Below the pieces are notes generated by a model. It made no database searches. It was not told the origin of the DNA and saw nothing but the letters and a program-made list of their open reading frames with translations. Shown piece by piece: positions 1 to 8,517 of a stretch of 32,000 nucleotides of DNA; the stretch's first letter is position 1, and the number at the start of each line of letters is the position of its first letter. Made by a program: the position numbers and the translations under genes. The DNA comes from an uncultured bacterium (GTDB lineage Bacteria > Auribacterota > JACPWU01), in the NCBI GenBank assembly GCA_964640155.1, contig CAZXEQ010000001.1, positions 244,303 to 276,302 on the forward strand, written 5' to 3'.

Positions 1-387
1 GTTTGCTTGAGTCCCTCTTATCTTTGAAAGACAGTGATAGCACACAGAAATATTAGGTAAAATTCGAAATAGAATAAAATCAACAATGGCTACCACCGCT
101 AAACTCAATCCATAAGTCCATGGAACAAAAATAGCCCCTACCAACACAATCAAACACCCCATTTCCTGAGGGAAATCTCTTTGCGTGTAGAAATCTTGCT
201 TTTCACATAAAGGACAATTTTCTAGAATTTTATTATTTCGAAGAGCATTGGAAACGAAAATCTGTTTTTCATGGAAGCATTTTTTACATTGAGTTTTTTG
301 AACGGTCTCAACATGCTTGATCTTATTTCTCTTAGAACAAATCTCTCCTTCTCCCAAATCTTGCTTACAGTCATAAATTAAATCCAT
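1..387 (-). CDS. hypothetical small membrane protein with CxxC pairs (zinc-ribbon-like); 3' end runs off the left edge (partial)
   Basis: Absent from the track because it is open at the window edge. My translation of the minus strand from ATG at 387..385 gives MDLIYDCKQDLGEGEICSKRNKIKHVETVQKTQCKKCFHEKQIFVSNALRNNKILENCPLCEKQDFYTQRDFPQEMGCLIVLVGAIFVPWTYGLSLAVVAIVDFILFRILPNISVCYHCLSKIRGTQAN. That is 129 codons without a stop. It has CKKC and CPLC pairs, then a hydrophobic helix, then CYHC. No family recognised. Confidence 0.5.
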   Translation of the reverse strand, partial: MDLIYDCKQDLGEGEICSKRNKIKHVETVQKTQCKKCFHEKQIFVSNALRNNKILENCPLCEKQDFYTQRDFPQEMGCLIVLVGAIFVPWTYGLSLAVVAIVDFILFRILPNISVCYHCLSKIRGTQAN

Positions 388-426
388 ATAAATACCTTTG
401 CTTACATGCCTTCTTTAGTATTTTTT

Positions 427-1179
427 TTAAAGAGAAATTCCTGAGATCATGGTCAGAAAATCAGCCATAATCTCTCCCATCAAAACAGCGCCAGTTGTGA
501 AATAAAGAATCCCCGTCGCTGAACGATTGGAATGAATTCTAGCACATCGATAAGCTGGAATCAGAAAAATCAAAGGAAGGATAATCCCCCATAACACTCG
601 AGTAAAAAAGAAAATACCTCCTATTTGCCCCAATAAATATTTACATTCTCCTGATTTTTCTAGAAACAAAACGTAGACAATAAAACTTGTTCGAACCAAA
701 GCCAATACAAAGAAAATACGAACAAATCGAATAAGATGATCAAAAGAAAGTTGAGGGCGAATCAAATACCAATGGCCCAATATCATGGATACCACTGAAA
801 AACCTAAAAGAAAAGCTCCCAACAAAAAATTTAGAAATGAATAAATCCAAGAAACTTTCAATCCTGTGATATTCTGATTAGCGAGGACAATAACACCCAA
901 AAGGAAGGTTACAAGAATTAAAACGTTCGCACTTGATTTCAAACGTCGGATCATAAAGAATAACAAGAAAAGAGTAATAACAAAAATAATAAGAAGCATA
1001 TATTCTAAATCAAACGTGTAATCATGAATAAGAAACCCTAACAAACTTGATATAAAAGCCAAAGAAACAAGAAGTCGAGAAAAACTTTCTCCGACAGCTT
1101 TTACCGGAATCAAAGGCAAGCAAGGAAGAATTCCAACAGCTAATTTAATAAAAAAGTGTACTAAGGCTATTTTTAACAT
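427..1179 (-). CDS. hypothetical polytopic integral membrane protein (about 7-8 predicted TM helices)
   Basis: 250-aa ORF, almost entirely hydrophobic segments separated by short basic loops. Contains an ILGHWYLIRP motif. Same strand as and 40 nt upstream of the zinc-ribbon membrane ORF. No family recognised from sequence alone. Confidence 0.6.
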   Translation of the reverse strand: MLKIALVHFFIKLAVGILPCLPLIPVKAVGESFSRLLVSLAFISSLLGFLIHDYTFDLEYMLLIIFVITLFLLFFMIRRLKSSANVLILVTFLLGVIVLANQNITGLKVSWIYSFLNFLLGAFLLGFSVVSMILGHWYLIRPQLSFDHLIRFVRIFFVLALVRTSFIVYVLFLEKSGECKYLLGQIGGIFFFTRVLWGIILPLIFLIPAYRCARIHSNRSATGILYFTTGAVLMGEIMADFLTMISGISL

Positions 1180-1259
1180 ATTTGAAGAGTCTAATGATTC
1201 ACACAGAAGGTTTAAAGGAAAAAATCAATCGTGTAAATAAAACTGTGCCCTTTATAGAT

Positions 1260-1346
1260 GCGGGTGACGCTTGGCGAGGCGCCCCATCGAGCGCAACTTT
1301 TGATGAGCACGATGGGGCTGACAAGCGGCAGGACCCGCCACTTTTT
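1260..1346 (+). repeat. GC-rich structured element, copy A (candidate cis-regulatory RNA or palindromic repeat), core GCGGGU-GAC-GCUUG...CAAGC-GGCAGG-ACCCGC followed by CAC-UUUUU
   Basis: Read directly: gcgggtgacgcttggcgaggcgccccatcgagcgcaacttttgatgagcacgatggggctgacaagcggcaggacccgccacttttt. Nested helices are GCGGGU/ACCCGC, GCUUG/CAAGC and GCCCCAUCG/CGAUGGGGC. It is a GC-rich island in AT-rich sequence, about 20 nt upstream of the ygfZ-like start codon. About 87% identical (hand alignment) to the reverse complement of 4128-4209. Confidence 0.6.
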
Positions 1347-1365
1347 CAAAGGACACACTTTTTTA

Positions 1366-2400
1366 ATGATCATGAGAAAATCTCCTCTACACTCACAGCA
1401 TGAATCCTTAAACGCTTCTTTCAAAGAAGAAAATGGATGGCTTTTGCCTGAATATTTCAGCTCGCCAGAGAAAGAATGGGAAGCTGTTCGAACTTCAATG
1501 GGTATATTAGATCTTAATCATGTCGGTAAAATTCTGATTCAAGGGCAAGATCGTGCTTCATTCCTACATAATATGGTCTCAAATGACATTAAATCACTTT
1601 TGCCCGGGAATTATCGCTATGCAACACTTTTAACTCCCAAAGGGAAAATGATTTCTGATTTACACATTTATGCTCTTGAAAATCATTTACTTATCGCTTT
1701 AAACGAAAATCTCGTGCAACCCGTTATCGATAAACTTTCTGCTTTTATTATTTCAGAAGATGTTCAAATCCAGGATGCCACTACTTCTTATGGGCTTCTA
1801 TCACTTCAAGGACCTCAGTCAACATCCTTTGCGCAAACAATTAATTTTGACTCCTTCAAAACCAAAATATTCCCTCACAGTCGCACTGGAGAAGAAGGAT
1901 ATGATGTATGGATCCCTACCGAAAATCTCATTCCATTATGGAAGCATCTAAAAACAGGAGAAAAAACAACACCGATTGGCATGCAAGCTTATCAAATTTT
2001 GAGAATAGAAGCAGGAATCCCCCTTTTTGGAGTTGATATGAATCAAAATACCATCCCCAATGAAGCCAATTTAGAAAATGCGATCAGTTGGAATAAAGGT
2101 TGTTATCCTGGCCAGGAAATAGTCGCCAGAATCAAATACCTTGGTGGAGTTAGAAAGCTTTTAAGTGGATTCATCCTTGAGAGAGAAAGAGTCCCCAACC
2201 CACAAAGTAAAATTTTTAGGGGCAATAAAGAAATTGGCTATATCACAAGCTCTACCCATTCATTGGCCTTAAAGAAACCTATCGCCTTAGGCATCATAAA
2301 AAAAACAGATACAGATGATGGGACTCAAATTGAAATCGAAGATGGAAATGAAAAAAGAATTGGGGAAATTACAACTCTTCCGTTTTACAAGAAGCTTTAG
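1366..2400 (+). CDS. ygfZ: YgfZ/COG0354-family folate-binding protein (aminomethyltransferase GcvT-like fold, Fe-S cluster maintenance family)
   Basis: GcvT-like N-terminal region (GILDLNHVGKILIQGQDRASFLHNMVSNDI) and the family signature KGCYPGQE near the C-terminus. The track ORF starts at 1258, but its first 36 codons lie in the GC-rich repeat element. I place the start at ATG 1366 (alternative 1372). Confidence 0.8.
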   Translation: MIMRKSPLHSQHESLNASFKEENGWLLPEYFSSPEKEWEAVRTSMGILDLNHVGKILIQGQDRASFLHNMVSNDIKSLLPGNYRYATLLTPKGKMISDLHIYALENHLLIALNENLVQPVIDKLSAFIISEDVQIQDATTSYGLLSLQGPQSTSFAQTINFDSFKTKIFPHSRTGEEGYDVWIPTENLIPLWKHLKTGEKTTPIGMQAYQILRIEAGIPLFGVDMNQNTIPNEANLENAISWNKGCYPGQEIVARIKYLGGVRKLLSGFILERERVPNPQSKIFRGNKEIGYITSSTHSLALKKPIALGIIKKTDTDDGTQIEIEDGNEKRIGEITTLPFYKKL

Positions 2401-2414
2401 AATCAAAAAACATT

Positions 2415-4073
2415 CTATATCTTTTTTGCCATTCGCTCACAGATCCTCTCCAAAGCCGGTGAATGATCTTTTGAATCAATTTGAATTTCAAGAAGTGAAA
2501 AGGTTTTCTTGTTGGCTAAAGCTTTTTGAAAAGCGTTCAAAAATTCTTTTTCTGTTTTGATATTAAAAGCCTCACCCCCACCAAAAATTTCAGGCAGTCG
2601 ATGATATTGCCAATTGGGGATATCATTATAAGGAAAATCTGCGTTTTCAAGAATGCGTTCTGTACCATAGCCTTGGTTATTAAAAAGAATTACAATTGGA
2701 TTAAGCTTCATTTTCAAAATGGTTGAAAGTTCCATCCCTGTCATCTGAAAAGCTCCATCCCCCACAATCACAATAGGTCTTAACTTTGGATTTGCCAGTT
2801 GGGCTCCCAAAGCAGCTGGAACAGAAAACCCCATGGATGTATAATAAGCTGGACTAAAAAATTCTGTTCTCTTATGCATTTTTAAATCTAATGCCCCAAA
2901 CAAAGCATCCCCAATATCGGCAATCACCACCATATTTTCATCTAAAAGTGTGTTCAAACACTCAAAAAGTCTATGCAAATGAATGGGATCATCTTCTTTT
3001 ATTTTAAACTCTACTTCTTTGAGACTTTTCTCTGACACAATAGTTTTTCTGGACTGAATAGGAGAAGCCACAAGTCCTTTCATAAAATCTTTGAATGTGA
3101 CTTCTTCAAAACGATGGTGACGAATCATAATTTTTTCTGATGTTGCATAAATAGAACGCGCTTGATCTAAATTAGCCGTAAAAATACCCAGATTAATGTC
3201 TGTCATAAAAGTCCCGAGCATGATCAGACAATCCGAGTCCTCCACCTTTTTTCGTACATCCTCTCGCCCAATCGCCCCTTCATACACACCTAAATAAAGA
3301 GGATGAACTTCACTGACCACAGATTTTCCAAGAGCAGTCGCCGCAACGGGTATTCTAAATTTTTCAACTAATTTCATTAACTCATCCTGCAATCCGAAAC
3401 GATGAACTTCTACATCTGCTAAAATCACAGGATGCTTGCTATGATTAATCATTGCAATGGCTTCATCTAAAACTTCCCGTAAAACAGCAGGATTGCTTTT
3501 TTCTTGTATGGGTTGATAAACATGATGTGCTGGACCTAAAACATCTGTCATATCTCTAGGAATCTCAATATAAACGGGACGTTTGTAACGAAGTGCTGTA
3601 TCCAAAACACGATCAATCTCTTGAAAAGCAATCAAAGGATCGCTCAAAACGGTGCTGGCCACTGTAAATTGATCAAAAATATCTTTTTGAGTGGTGAAAT
3701 CACGAATACGATGATGCAAAAGTGGATTTTTTTCTCTCTCTTTCATTCCCGGTGAACCACTGATTACGACCACAGGAGATTTTTCGGCATAAGCGCCCGC
3801 AACTGGATTTGCAACATTGAGTCCCCCTACACAATAAGTCACACACACGACACCTAATCCATTCATACGAGCATAGGCATCTGCAGCAAATCCAGCAGAC
3901 TCTTCACGGGTGGTGACTACAGGTAGAATTTTGCTATTCTGGGTAAGATTATAAAAGCGAAGGATATAATCACCCGGAATTCCAAAAATATGACGAATTC
4001 CAAGTGCATAAAGACGATTGAGAAGATATTGGCCAATGGAAATTTTGTTTTCCATAGATTTGTATACAATCAT
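2415..4073 (-). CDS. thiamine-diphosphate-dependent 2-keto-acid decarboxylase (indolepyruvate/phenylpyruvate/pyruvate decarboxylase family)
   Basis: 552 aa. N-terminal TPP pyrimidine-binding domain (IGQYLLNRLYALGIRHIFGIPGDYIL, TTREESAGFAADAYAR). C-terminal TPP-binding motif region (IVGDGAFQMT...LNPIVILFNNQGY). Substrate cannot be told from sequence. An alternative start is at Met7 (4055). Confidence 0.85.
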   Translation of the reverse strand: MIVYKSMENKISIGQYLLNRLYALGIRHIFGIPGDYILRFYNLTQNSKILPVVTTREESAGFAADAYARMNGLGVVCVTYCVGGLNVANPVAGAYAEKSPVVVISGSPGMKEREKNPLLHHRIRDFTTQKDIFDQFTVASTVLSDPLIAFQEIDRVLDTALRYKRPVYIEIPRDMTDVLGPAHHVYQPIQEKSNPAVLREVLDEAIAMINHSKHPVILADVEVHRFGLQDELMKLVEKFRIPVAATALGKSVVSEVHPLYLGVYEGAIGREDVRKKVEDSDCLIMLGTFMTDINLGIFTANLDQARSIYATSEKIMIRHHRFEEVTFKDFMKGLVASPIQSRKTIVSEKSLKEVEFKIKEDDPIHLHRLFECLNTLLDENMVVIADIGDALFGALDLKMHKRTEFFSPAYYTSMGFSVPAALGAQLANPKLRPIVIVGDGAFQMTGMELSTILKMKLNPIVILFNNQGYGTERILENADFPYNDIPNWQYHRLPEIFGGGEAFNIKTEKEFLNAFQKALANKKTFSLLEIQIDSKDHSPALERICERMAKKI

Positions 4074-4127
4074 TATATCAAAAAATTTCTATAAATAGTG
4101 TTGAAAAGAGAATGCTTTGAGAGAGTA

Positions 4128-4209
4128 GCGGGTCCTGCCGCTCGTCAGGCCCCACCGTGCTCACTAAAAGTTGCGCGCGGTGGGGCTCCCCGCCAAGTGT
4201 CACCCGCAT
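4128..4209 (-). repeat. GC-rich structured element, copy B (inverted relative to copy A), core GCGGGU-GAC-ACUUG...CGAGC-GGCAGG-ACCCGC on the minus strand
   Basis: The minus strand reads atgcgggtgacacttggcggggagccccaccgcgcgcaacttttagtgagcacggtggggcctgacgagcggcaggacccgctac. It has the same architecture as copy A. The inner helix is GCCCCACCG/CGGUGGGGC, against GCCCCAUCG/CGAUGGGGC in A (U-A replaced by C-G). It lies about 55 nt upstream of, and co-oriented with, the decarboxylase gene. Confidence 0.6.
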
Positions 4210-4232
4210 CTTCAGAAGAACATAACATCCAA

Positions 4233-4261
4233 TAGACAAACCCCTATCTGTACGCTAAAAT
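4233..4261 (+). promoter_or_regulatory. candidate sigma70-type promoter for nuoJ (TAGACA - 17 nt - TAAAAT)
   Basis: Hexamers read directly with a 17-nt spacer, about 40 nt upstream of the nuoJ ATG. Sequence pattern only, and AT-rich DNA produces many such matches. Confidence 0.3.
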
Positions 4262-4299
4262 ACGCGCAATTTTTATAAATAATAAAAGGCATCCCTTTC

Positions 4300-4800
4300 A
4301 TGTTAGAAACAATTCTTTTTTATTCATTTGCCATACTTGCAATCGCAACAGCCTTGCTTGTTATTTTTTCACGCCATCCTATCTACAGCGTGCTTTTTCT
4401 TGTTCTGACCATGTTTGCACTGGCATCCCTTTACATTATGCTCCATGCCTATTTTATAGCAGCCATTCAAATCATTGTTTATGCCGGAGCTATTCTTGTT
4501 CTTTTCCTTTTTGTGGTCATGCTTCTTAATTTAGATCAAGAAGGAGATGATTCTTTTCGTGTCGGACCCTCTAGATGGTTTGCTATTCCCTTAGGTTTAG
4601 CTTTTATTTGTGAACTTTATTTAGTTTTAAGCCATCTCATCCCTTCTAAAGCACAAGAAACCTTAAGCGAGGGAACAACTCAAAGTTTAGGATTCCTTCT
4701 TTTTTCAAAACATCTTTTACCTTTCGAAGTTATTTCGTTTCTTCTTCTATCCGCTATTTTAGGAACAACGGTATTGTCCAAGAGGAATTGGCAATCATGA
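4300..4800 (+). CDS. nuoJ: NADH-quinone oxidoreductase subunit J
   Basis: 166-aa hydrophobic protein with the typical NuoJ N-terminus ([33 protein letters not shown]...[21 protein letters not shown]). First gene of a J-K-L-M-N series. Confidence 0.9.
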   Translation: MLETILFYSFAILAIATALLVIFSRHPIYSVLFLVLTMFALASLYIMLHAYFIAAIQIIVYAGAILVLFLFVVMLLNLDQEGDDSFRVGPSRWFAIPLGLAFICELYLVLSHLIPSKAQETLSEGTTQSLGFLLFSKHLLPFEVISFLLLSAILGTTVLSKRNWQS

Positions 4801-5099
4801 TCCCACTCAATCATTATTTAATATTAAGTGGGGTTTTATTCGCCATCGGTGTGATGGGCGTTTTAATTCGCCGTAATGCGCTTATGATTCTTCTTTCTCT
4901 AGAAATCATGCTTAATGCAGCCAATTTATCTTTTGTTGCATTCTCAAGATTTTTAGGAAATTTAGAAGGTCAAATTTTTGTATTTTTTATTATTACCGTA
5001 GCCGCAGCAGAAGTCGCAGTAGGATTGGCTATTTTAATTGTACTTTTTAGAAACAAGCGATCTGTGGATACTAATCAGATTAAAATGCTTCGATGGTAA
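4797..5099 (+). CDS. nuoK: NADH-quinone oxidoreductase subunit K
   Basis: About 100 aa with three TM helices ([42 protein letters not shown]...[13 protein letters not shown]). I prefer ATG 4797, which overlaps the nuoJ stop as ATGA and follows AGAGGAA. The track start is TTG 4788. Confidence 0.9.
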   Translation: MIPLNHYLILSGVLFAIGVMGVLIRRNALMILLSLEIMLNAANLSFVAFSRFLGNLEGQIFVFFIITVAAAEVAVGLAILIVLFRNKRSVDTNQIKMLRW

Positions 5100-6955
5100 C
5101 GAATATGGGTTGGATTATTTTATTTTCTCCTTTAATTGCATGCCTTGTGATCACACTTGTGACATTGCAAAACAAAAAACTAAGTGGTTTTATTGCCATC
5201 TTAGGACTTTTGATTTCTTTTATTTGCTCTGTGAGTGTTTTCTTACAAGCATTGCATTCCCCTGGCCAAGTCCTTGAATATAACTTAAATTGGATTTCTC
5301 TTTGGTCTCTTCAAATTGAATTTGGCATTCTCCTAGATCCCCTTTCTATTCTTATGCTTTTAATTGTGACAGGGATTGGAAGCGCTATTTTTATTTATTC
5401 TCTGGGGTATATGTCTGAAGATCGAAGTCAACCTCGCTACTTTGCTTCTTTAAGTCTTTTTGCATTTTCAATGTTGGGCATCATCCTTTCAAACAATTTA
5501 ATACAAACTTTCATTTTTTGGGAATTGGTGGGAGCTAGTTCTTATCTTTTGATTGGCTTTTGGTTTGAAAAAGATTCAGCTGCAGATGCTGGGAATAAAG
5601 CTTTCTTGGTCAATCGTGTGGGTGATTTTGGATTTGTGATTGGGATTTTAATGTGTTGGATGATTTCTGGACTTGGAACAACCCCAAAAACTTTTAATTT
5701 TTTAAAAATTGAGCATCTCTTTCCTCAACTCATCAATCAAGGACTTGTCTCTGCTGGATTATTGACACTTATCGGTCTTCTTATTTTCTGCGGAGTTCTT
5801 GGTAAATCGGCACAATTTCCCTTACATGTATGGCTCCCAGACGCCATGGAAGGCCCCACACCTGTGAGCGCCTTGATTCATGCAGCTACCATGGTCGCTG
5901 CTGGCATTTATCTTTTAGCTCGTCTTTTTTTTCTATTTGAAGTTTCACCTGAAGCAATGCAAATCATTTCCTACGTGGGTGCATTTACAAGTATTTTTGC
6001 AGCCAGTCTCGCTCTGGTTCAAAATGATATTAAACGCATTCTTGCTTATTCCACGCTTAGTCAATTAGGTCTCATGGTGATGGCGATGGGTTTGGGTGGC
6101 AAAACAGCAGGCATGTTTCATCTTGCAACACATGCCTTTTTCAAAGCACTTCTTTTCTTAGGAGCAGGAAGCATCATTCATGCACTTCACACACAAGATA
6201 TTTGGAACATGGGAAAACTCTTAAAGAAAATGCCCATTACCTCCATTACTTTCTTAATTGGGTCTTTAGCTCTTTGCGGTTTTTTCCCATTGAGTGGATT
6301 TTGGAGCAAAGATGAAATTTTGCTCACGGCTTATCATAAGAGTTTTTTTCTATATATGATTGCTTCTATCACGAGCTGGATGACTTCCTTTTATATGGCC
6401 AGGGCTTGCTTTGTTGCCATTCTAGCTCCCTCTAAAGCCCATCATCATGCCCATGAGTCAGGATGGATCATGAAAGGACCTCTGGTCTTTTTAACTTTGG
6501 GCGCTTTATTCTCTGGATTCATCGGTATTCCTCACTTCATCACGGGACCTGCTTCGCAAGGACATGTTTCCATTAATTGGAATATCGCTCTTATTTCTCA
6601 AATTTCGGCTCTCACAGCTTTAGTCTTCGCTTATTTTCTTTATATGATTCGAGATGGACAAGGAGCCAAAAAATTAAAAGTAATTTTTCATTTCCCCTAT
6701 CAAATTCTTCATAAGAAATATTTTATCGATGAAATTTATCAATGGATGGTGGATCGTGTTCAGCAAACCATCGCCATTCTCTGTAACCTTTTTGATCAAA
6801 ATGTAATTATTCGTTTTGGAGTAAATGGTACAGCACGCACGACAAGAGCTTGCGGAGAAATTTTAAGATTTTGTCAAACCGGTCGTGTTCAAACTTATGC
6901 ACTTGTCTTTTTTGCAGGAATCACCGTAATTATATTTGTGATGATATTGAGATAA
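5093..6955 (+). CDS. nuoL: NADH-quinone oxidoreductase subunit L
   Basis: 620-aa antiporter-like subunit. Conserved motifs [47 protein letters not shown] and the long C-terminal extension typical of NuoL. An alternative start is at 5105. Confidence 0.92.
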   Translation: MVTNMGWIILFSPLIACLVITLVTLQNKKLSGFIAILGLLISFICSVSVFLQALHSPGQVLEYNLNWISLWSLQIEFGILLDPLSILMLLIVTGIGSAIFIYSLGYMSEDRSQPRYFASLSLFAFSMLGIILSNNLIQTFIFWELVGASSYLLIGFWFEKDSAADAGNKAFLVNRVGDFGFVIGILMCWMISGLGTTPKTFNFLKIEHLFPQLINQGLVSAGLLTLIGLLIFCGVLGKSAQFPLHVWLPDAMEGPTPVSALIHAATMVAAGIYLLARLFFLFEVSPEAMQIISYVGAFTSIFAASLALVQNDIKRILAYSTLSQLGLMVMAMGLGGKTAGMFHLATHAFFKALLFLGAGSIIHALHTQDIWNMGKLLKKMPITSITFLIGSLALCGFFPLSGFWSKDEILLTAYHKSFFLYMIASITSWMTSFYMARACFVAILAPSKAHHHAHESGWIMKGPLVFLTLGALFSGFIGIPHFITGPASQGHVSINWNIALISQISALTALVFAYFLYMIRDGQGAKKLKVIFHFPYQILHKKYFIDEIYQWMVDRVQQTIAILCNLFDQNVIIRFGVNGTARTTRACGEILRFCQTGRVQTYALVFFAGITVIIFVMILR

Positions 6956-6963
6956 AGGAATTT

Positions 6964-8517
6964 ATGGGATTATTAACTTACATACTTCTTTCTCCCCTTT
7001 TGGGAATGTTGGCTATTCTTTTTATGCCTCGAGAGAATGAAAAATGGATTCGCCGTATTGCATCCATCGCAACCCTTGTGCCATTGACACTCTCTATTTT
7101 AGTCTGGGTAAAATATGATCGTATTTTAGGCGGATATCAATTCATTGACCATATTGCATGGCTTCCTTCTTTGGGCATTTCCTATCAAGTGGGCGTGGAT
7201 GGCATTGGAGTCGTAATGCTTCTTCTTCAAGGTTTCTGTGCCTTTACAGCTGTTCTAGTTTCTTACTCTATTAAAAACAGAGTTAAAGAATATTTCATCT
7301 TTTTCCTAGCCCTCATCGCCAGTATTTATGGAGTTTTCATGTCTCTGGATTTATTTTTCTTCTATTTCTTTTATGAAATGGCTGTCATCCCCATGTATCC
7401 CCTCATTGGAATTTGGGGTAGCACCAACAAAGAATATGCCACCATGAAATTGACGCTTTATATTTCAACCGGTGCTGTATTGGCTTTTGTCGCTCTTTTA
7501 GTTTTATATTTTTCTACAGGAATTTCCTCTTTTAATTTAATTGAATTGGAAAAACATTTAACTGCACATCCACTGAGTCCTCAGCTTCAAAGATTTCTCT
7601 TTCCTATTTTGATGGTGGGGTTTGGTGTCATCACTTCGCTTTGGCCTTTCCATACATGGTCTCCCATGGGTTATGCAGCAGCTCCTTCTGCGGTGAGTAT
7701 GCTTCATGCAGGTGTCCTTAAAAAGTTGGGCGCCTTTGCCATTATTCGAATTGCCATCAATCTTTTACCTGAGGGGGCCCAATATTGGTCCAATACTTTA
7801 GCAACCTTGGCTGTCATCAATATTATCTATTGCGGATGGGTCGCCATGGCTCAAAAAGATATGAAATTTATTGTCGGATATTCTAGTTGCAGTCATATGG
7901 GATATGTACTTTTAGGGATCTCCTGCTTGAATCCCAATGGGCTCAATGGTGCAGTGCTTCTTATATTCTCTCATGGCATTATGGCTGCCTTGACGTTTGC
8001 CCTGATTGGTTTTTGCTATGAGCAAACACATACCCGAATGGTTTCTGAACTAGGAGGTTTAGCTAAAAAACTCCCATTCATTGCGACTTGTTTTAGCATT
8101 GCAGCCATGGCCTCCAGTGGACTTCCTGGATTTGCTAATTTTGTTGCTGAAATCATGATTTTCTTAGGAGCCTGGGAAAGTAGACCTTTTTTTAGCATTC
8201 TTGCTATTTTTGGAATTGTCATCACAGCCACTTATCTTTTAAGAATGCTACGCCATGTCTTTTTTGGCCCCCTCAATCCTAAGTGGTCAGAGCTTCAAGA
8301 TGCAAAAACTATTTTTCAGAAATTACCTTTTAGCTTGTTGATTGCAGCTCTTATTCTGATTGGATTTGTGCCTTCTCTTCTCACACGCATTATTGATGAT
8401 TCGACTCATTTGATTTTTGAACGTTCATCAAAAACAGTAGAAAGAATTTTGGTTCAAAACAATTCAACAAACTCTTCTCCTGAAACAACAATCGCACCCG
8501 AGGGTTTATGGGTATAG
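6964..8517 (+). CDS. nuoM: NADH-quinone oxidoreductase subunit M
   Basis: Antiporter-like subunit (FFYFFYEMAVIPMYPLIGIWG, WPFHTWSPMGYAAAPSAVSMLHAGVLKKLG). The track ORF starts at 6850 inside nuoL. ATG 6964 follows the nuoL stop and an AAGGAA ribosome-binding site. Confidence 0.92.
   Translation: MGLLTYILLSPLLGMLAILFMPRENEKWIRRIASIATLVPLTLSILVWVKYDRILGGYQFIDHIAWLPSLGISYQVGVDGIGVVMLLLQGFCAFTAVLVSYSIKNRVKEYFIFFLALIASIYGVFMSLDLFFFYFFYEMAVIPMYPLIGIWGSTNKEYATMKLTLYISTGAVLAFVALLVLYFSTGISSFNLIELEKHLTAHPLSPQLQRFLFPILMVGFGVITSLWPFHTWSPMGYAAAPSAVSMLHAGVLKKLGAFAIIRIAINLLPEGAQYWSNTLATLAVINIIYCGWVAMAQKDMKFIVGYSSCSHMGYVLLGISCLNPNGLNGAVLLIFSHGIMAALTFALIGFCYEQTHTRMVSELGGLAKKLPFIATCFSIAAMASSGLPGFANFVAEIMIFLGAWESRPFFSILAIFGIVITATYLLRMLRHVFFGPLNPKWSELQDAKTIFQKLPFSLLIAALILIGFVPSLLTRIIDDSTHLIFERSSKTVERILVQNNSTNSSPETTIAPEGLWV

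Noticed and set aside
1260-1346. Known riboswitch upstream of a GcvT-fold gene (glycine, ZTP/pfl or THF riboswitch)
   Set aside because: The position before a folate-binding aminomethyltransferase-fold gene and the string GUGAC..UGGCGA recalled the ZTP 5' sub-domain. The 3' CCGCCUGGGC pseudoknot segment is absent. The glycine-riboswitch cores (GGAGAG, CACCGAAGGGGCAA-type) are also absent. This is from memory of the consensus sequences only, so an Rfam scan is still needed.
1182-1424. Track ORFs 1182..1403 (+, 73 aa) and 1212..1424 (-, 70 aa), and the first 36 codons of ORF 1258..2400
   Set aside because: All three run through the GC-rich repeat element. Stop codons are rare there by composition. 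The ORFs overlap each other, have no RBS and look like no protein family. The YgfZ-like homology begins only after Met37/Met39.
6850-6963. Upstream extension of nuoM into nuoL
   Set aside because: These 38 Cys/Arg-rich codons overlap the 3' end of nuoL in another frame. NuoM homology and an AAGGAA RBS start at 6964.
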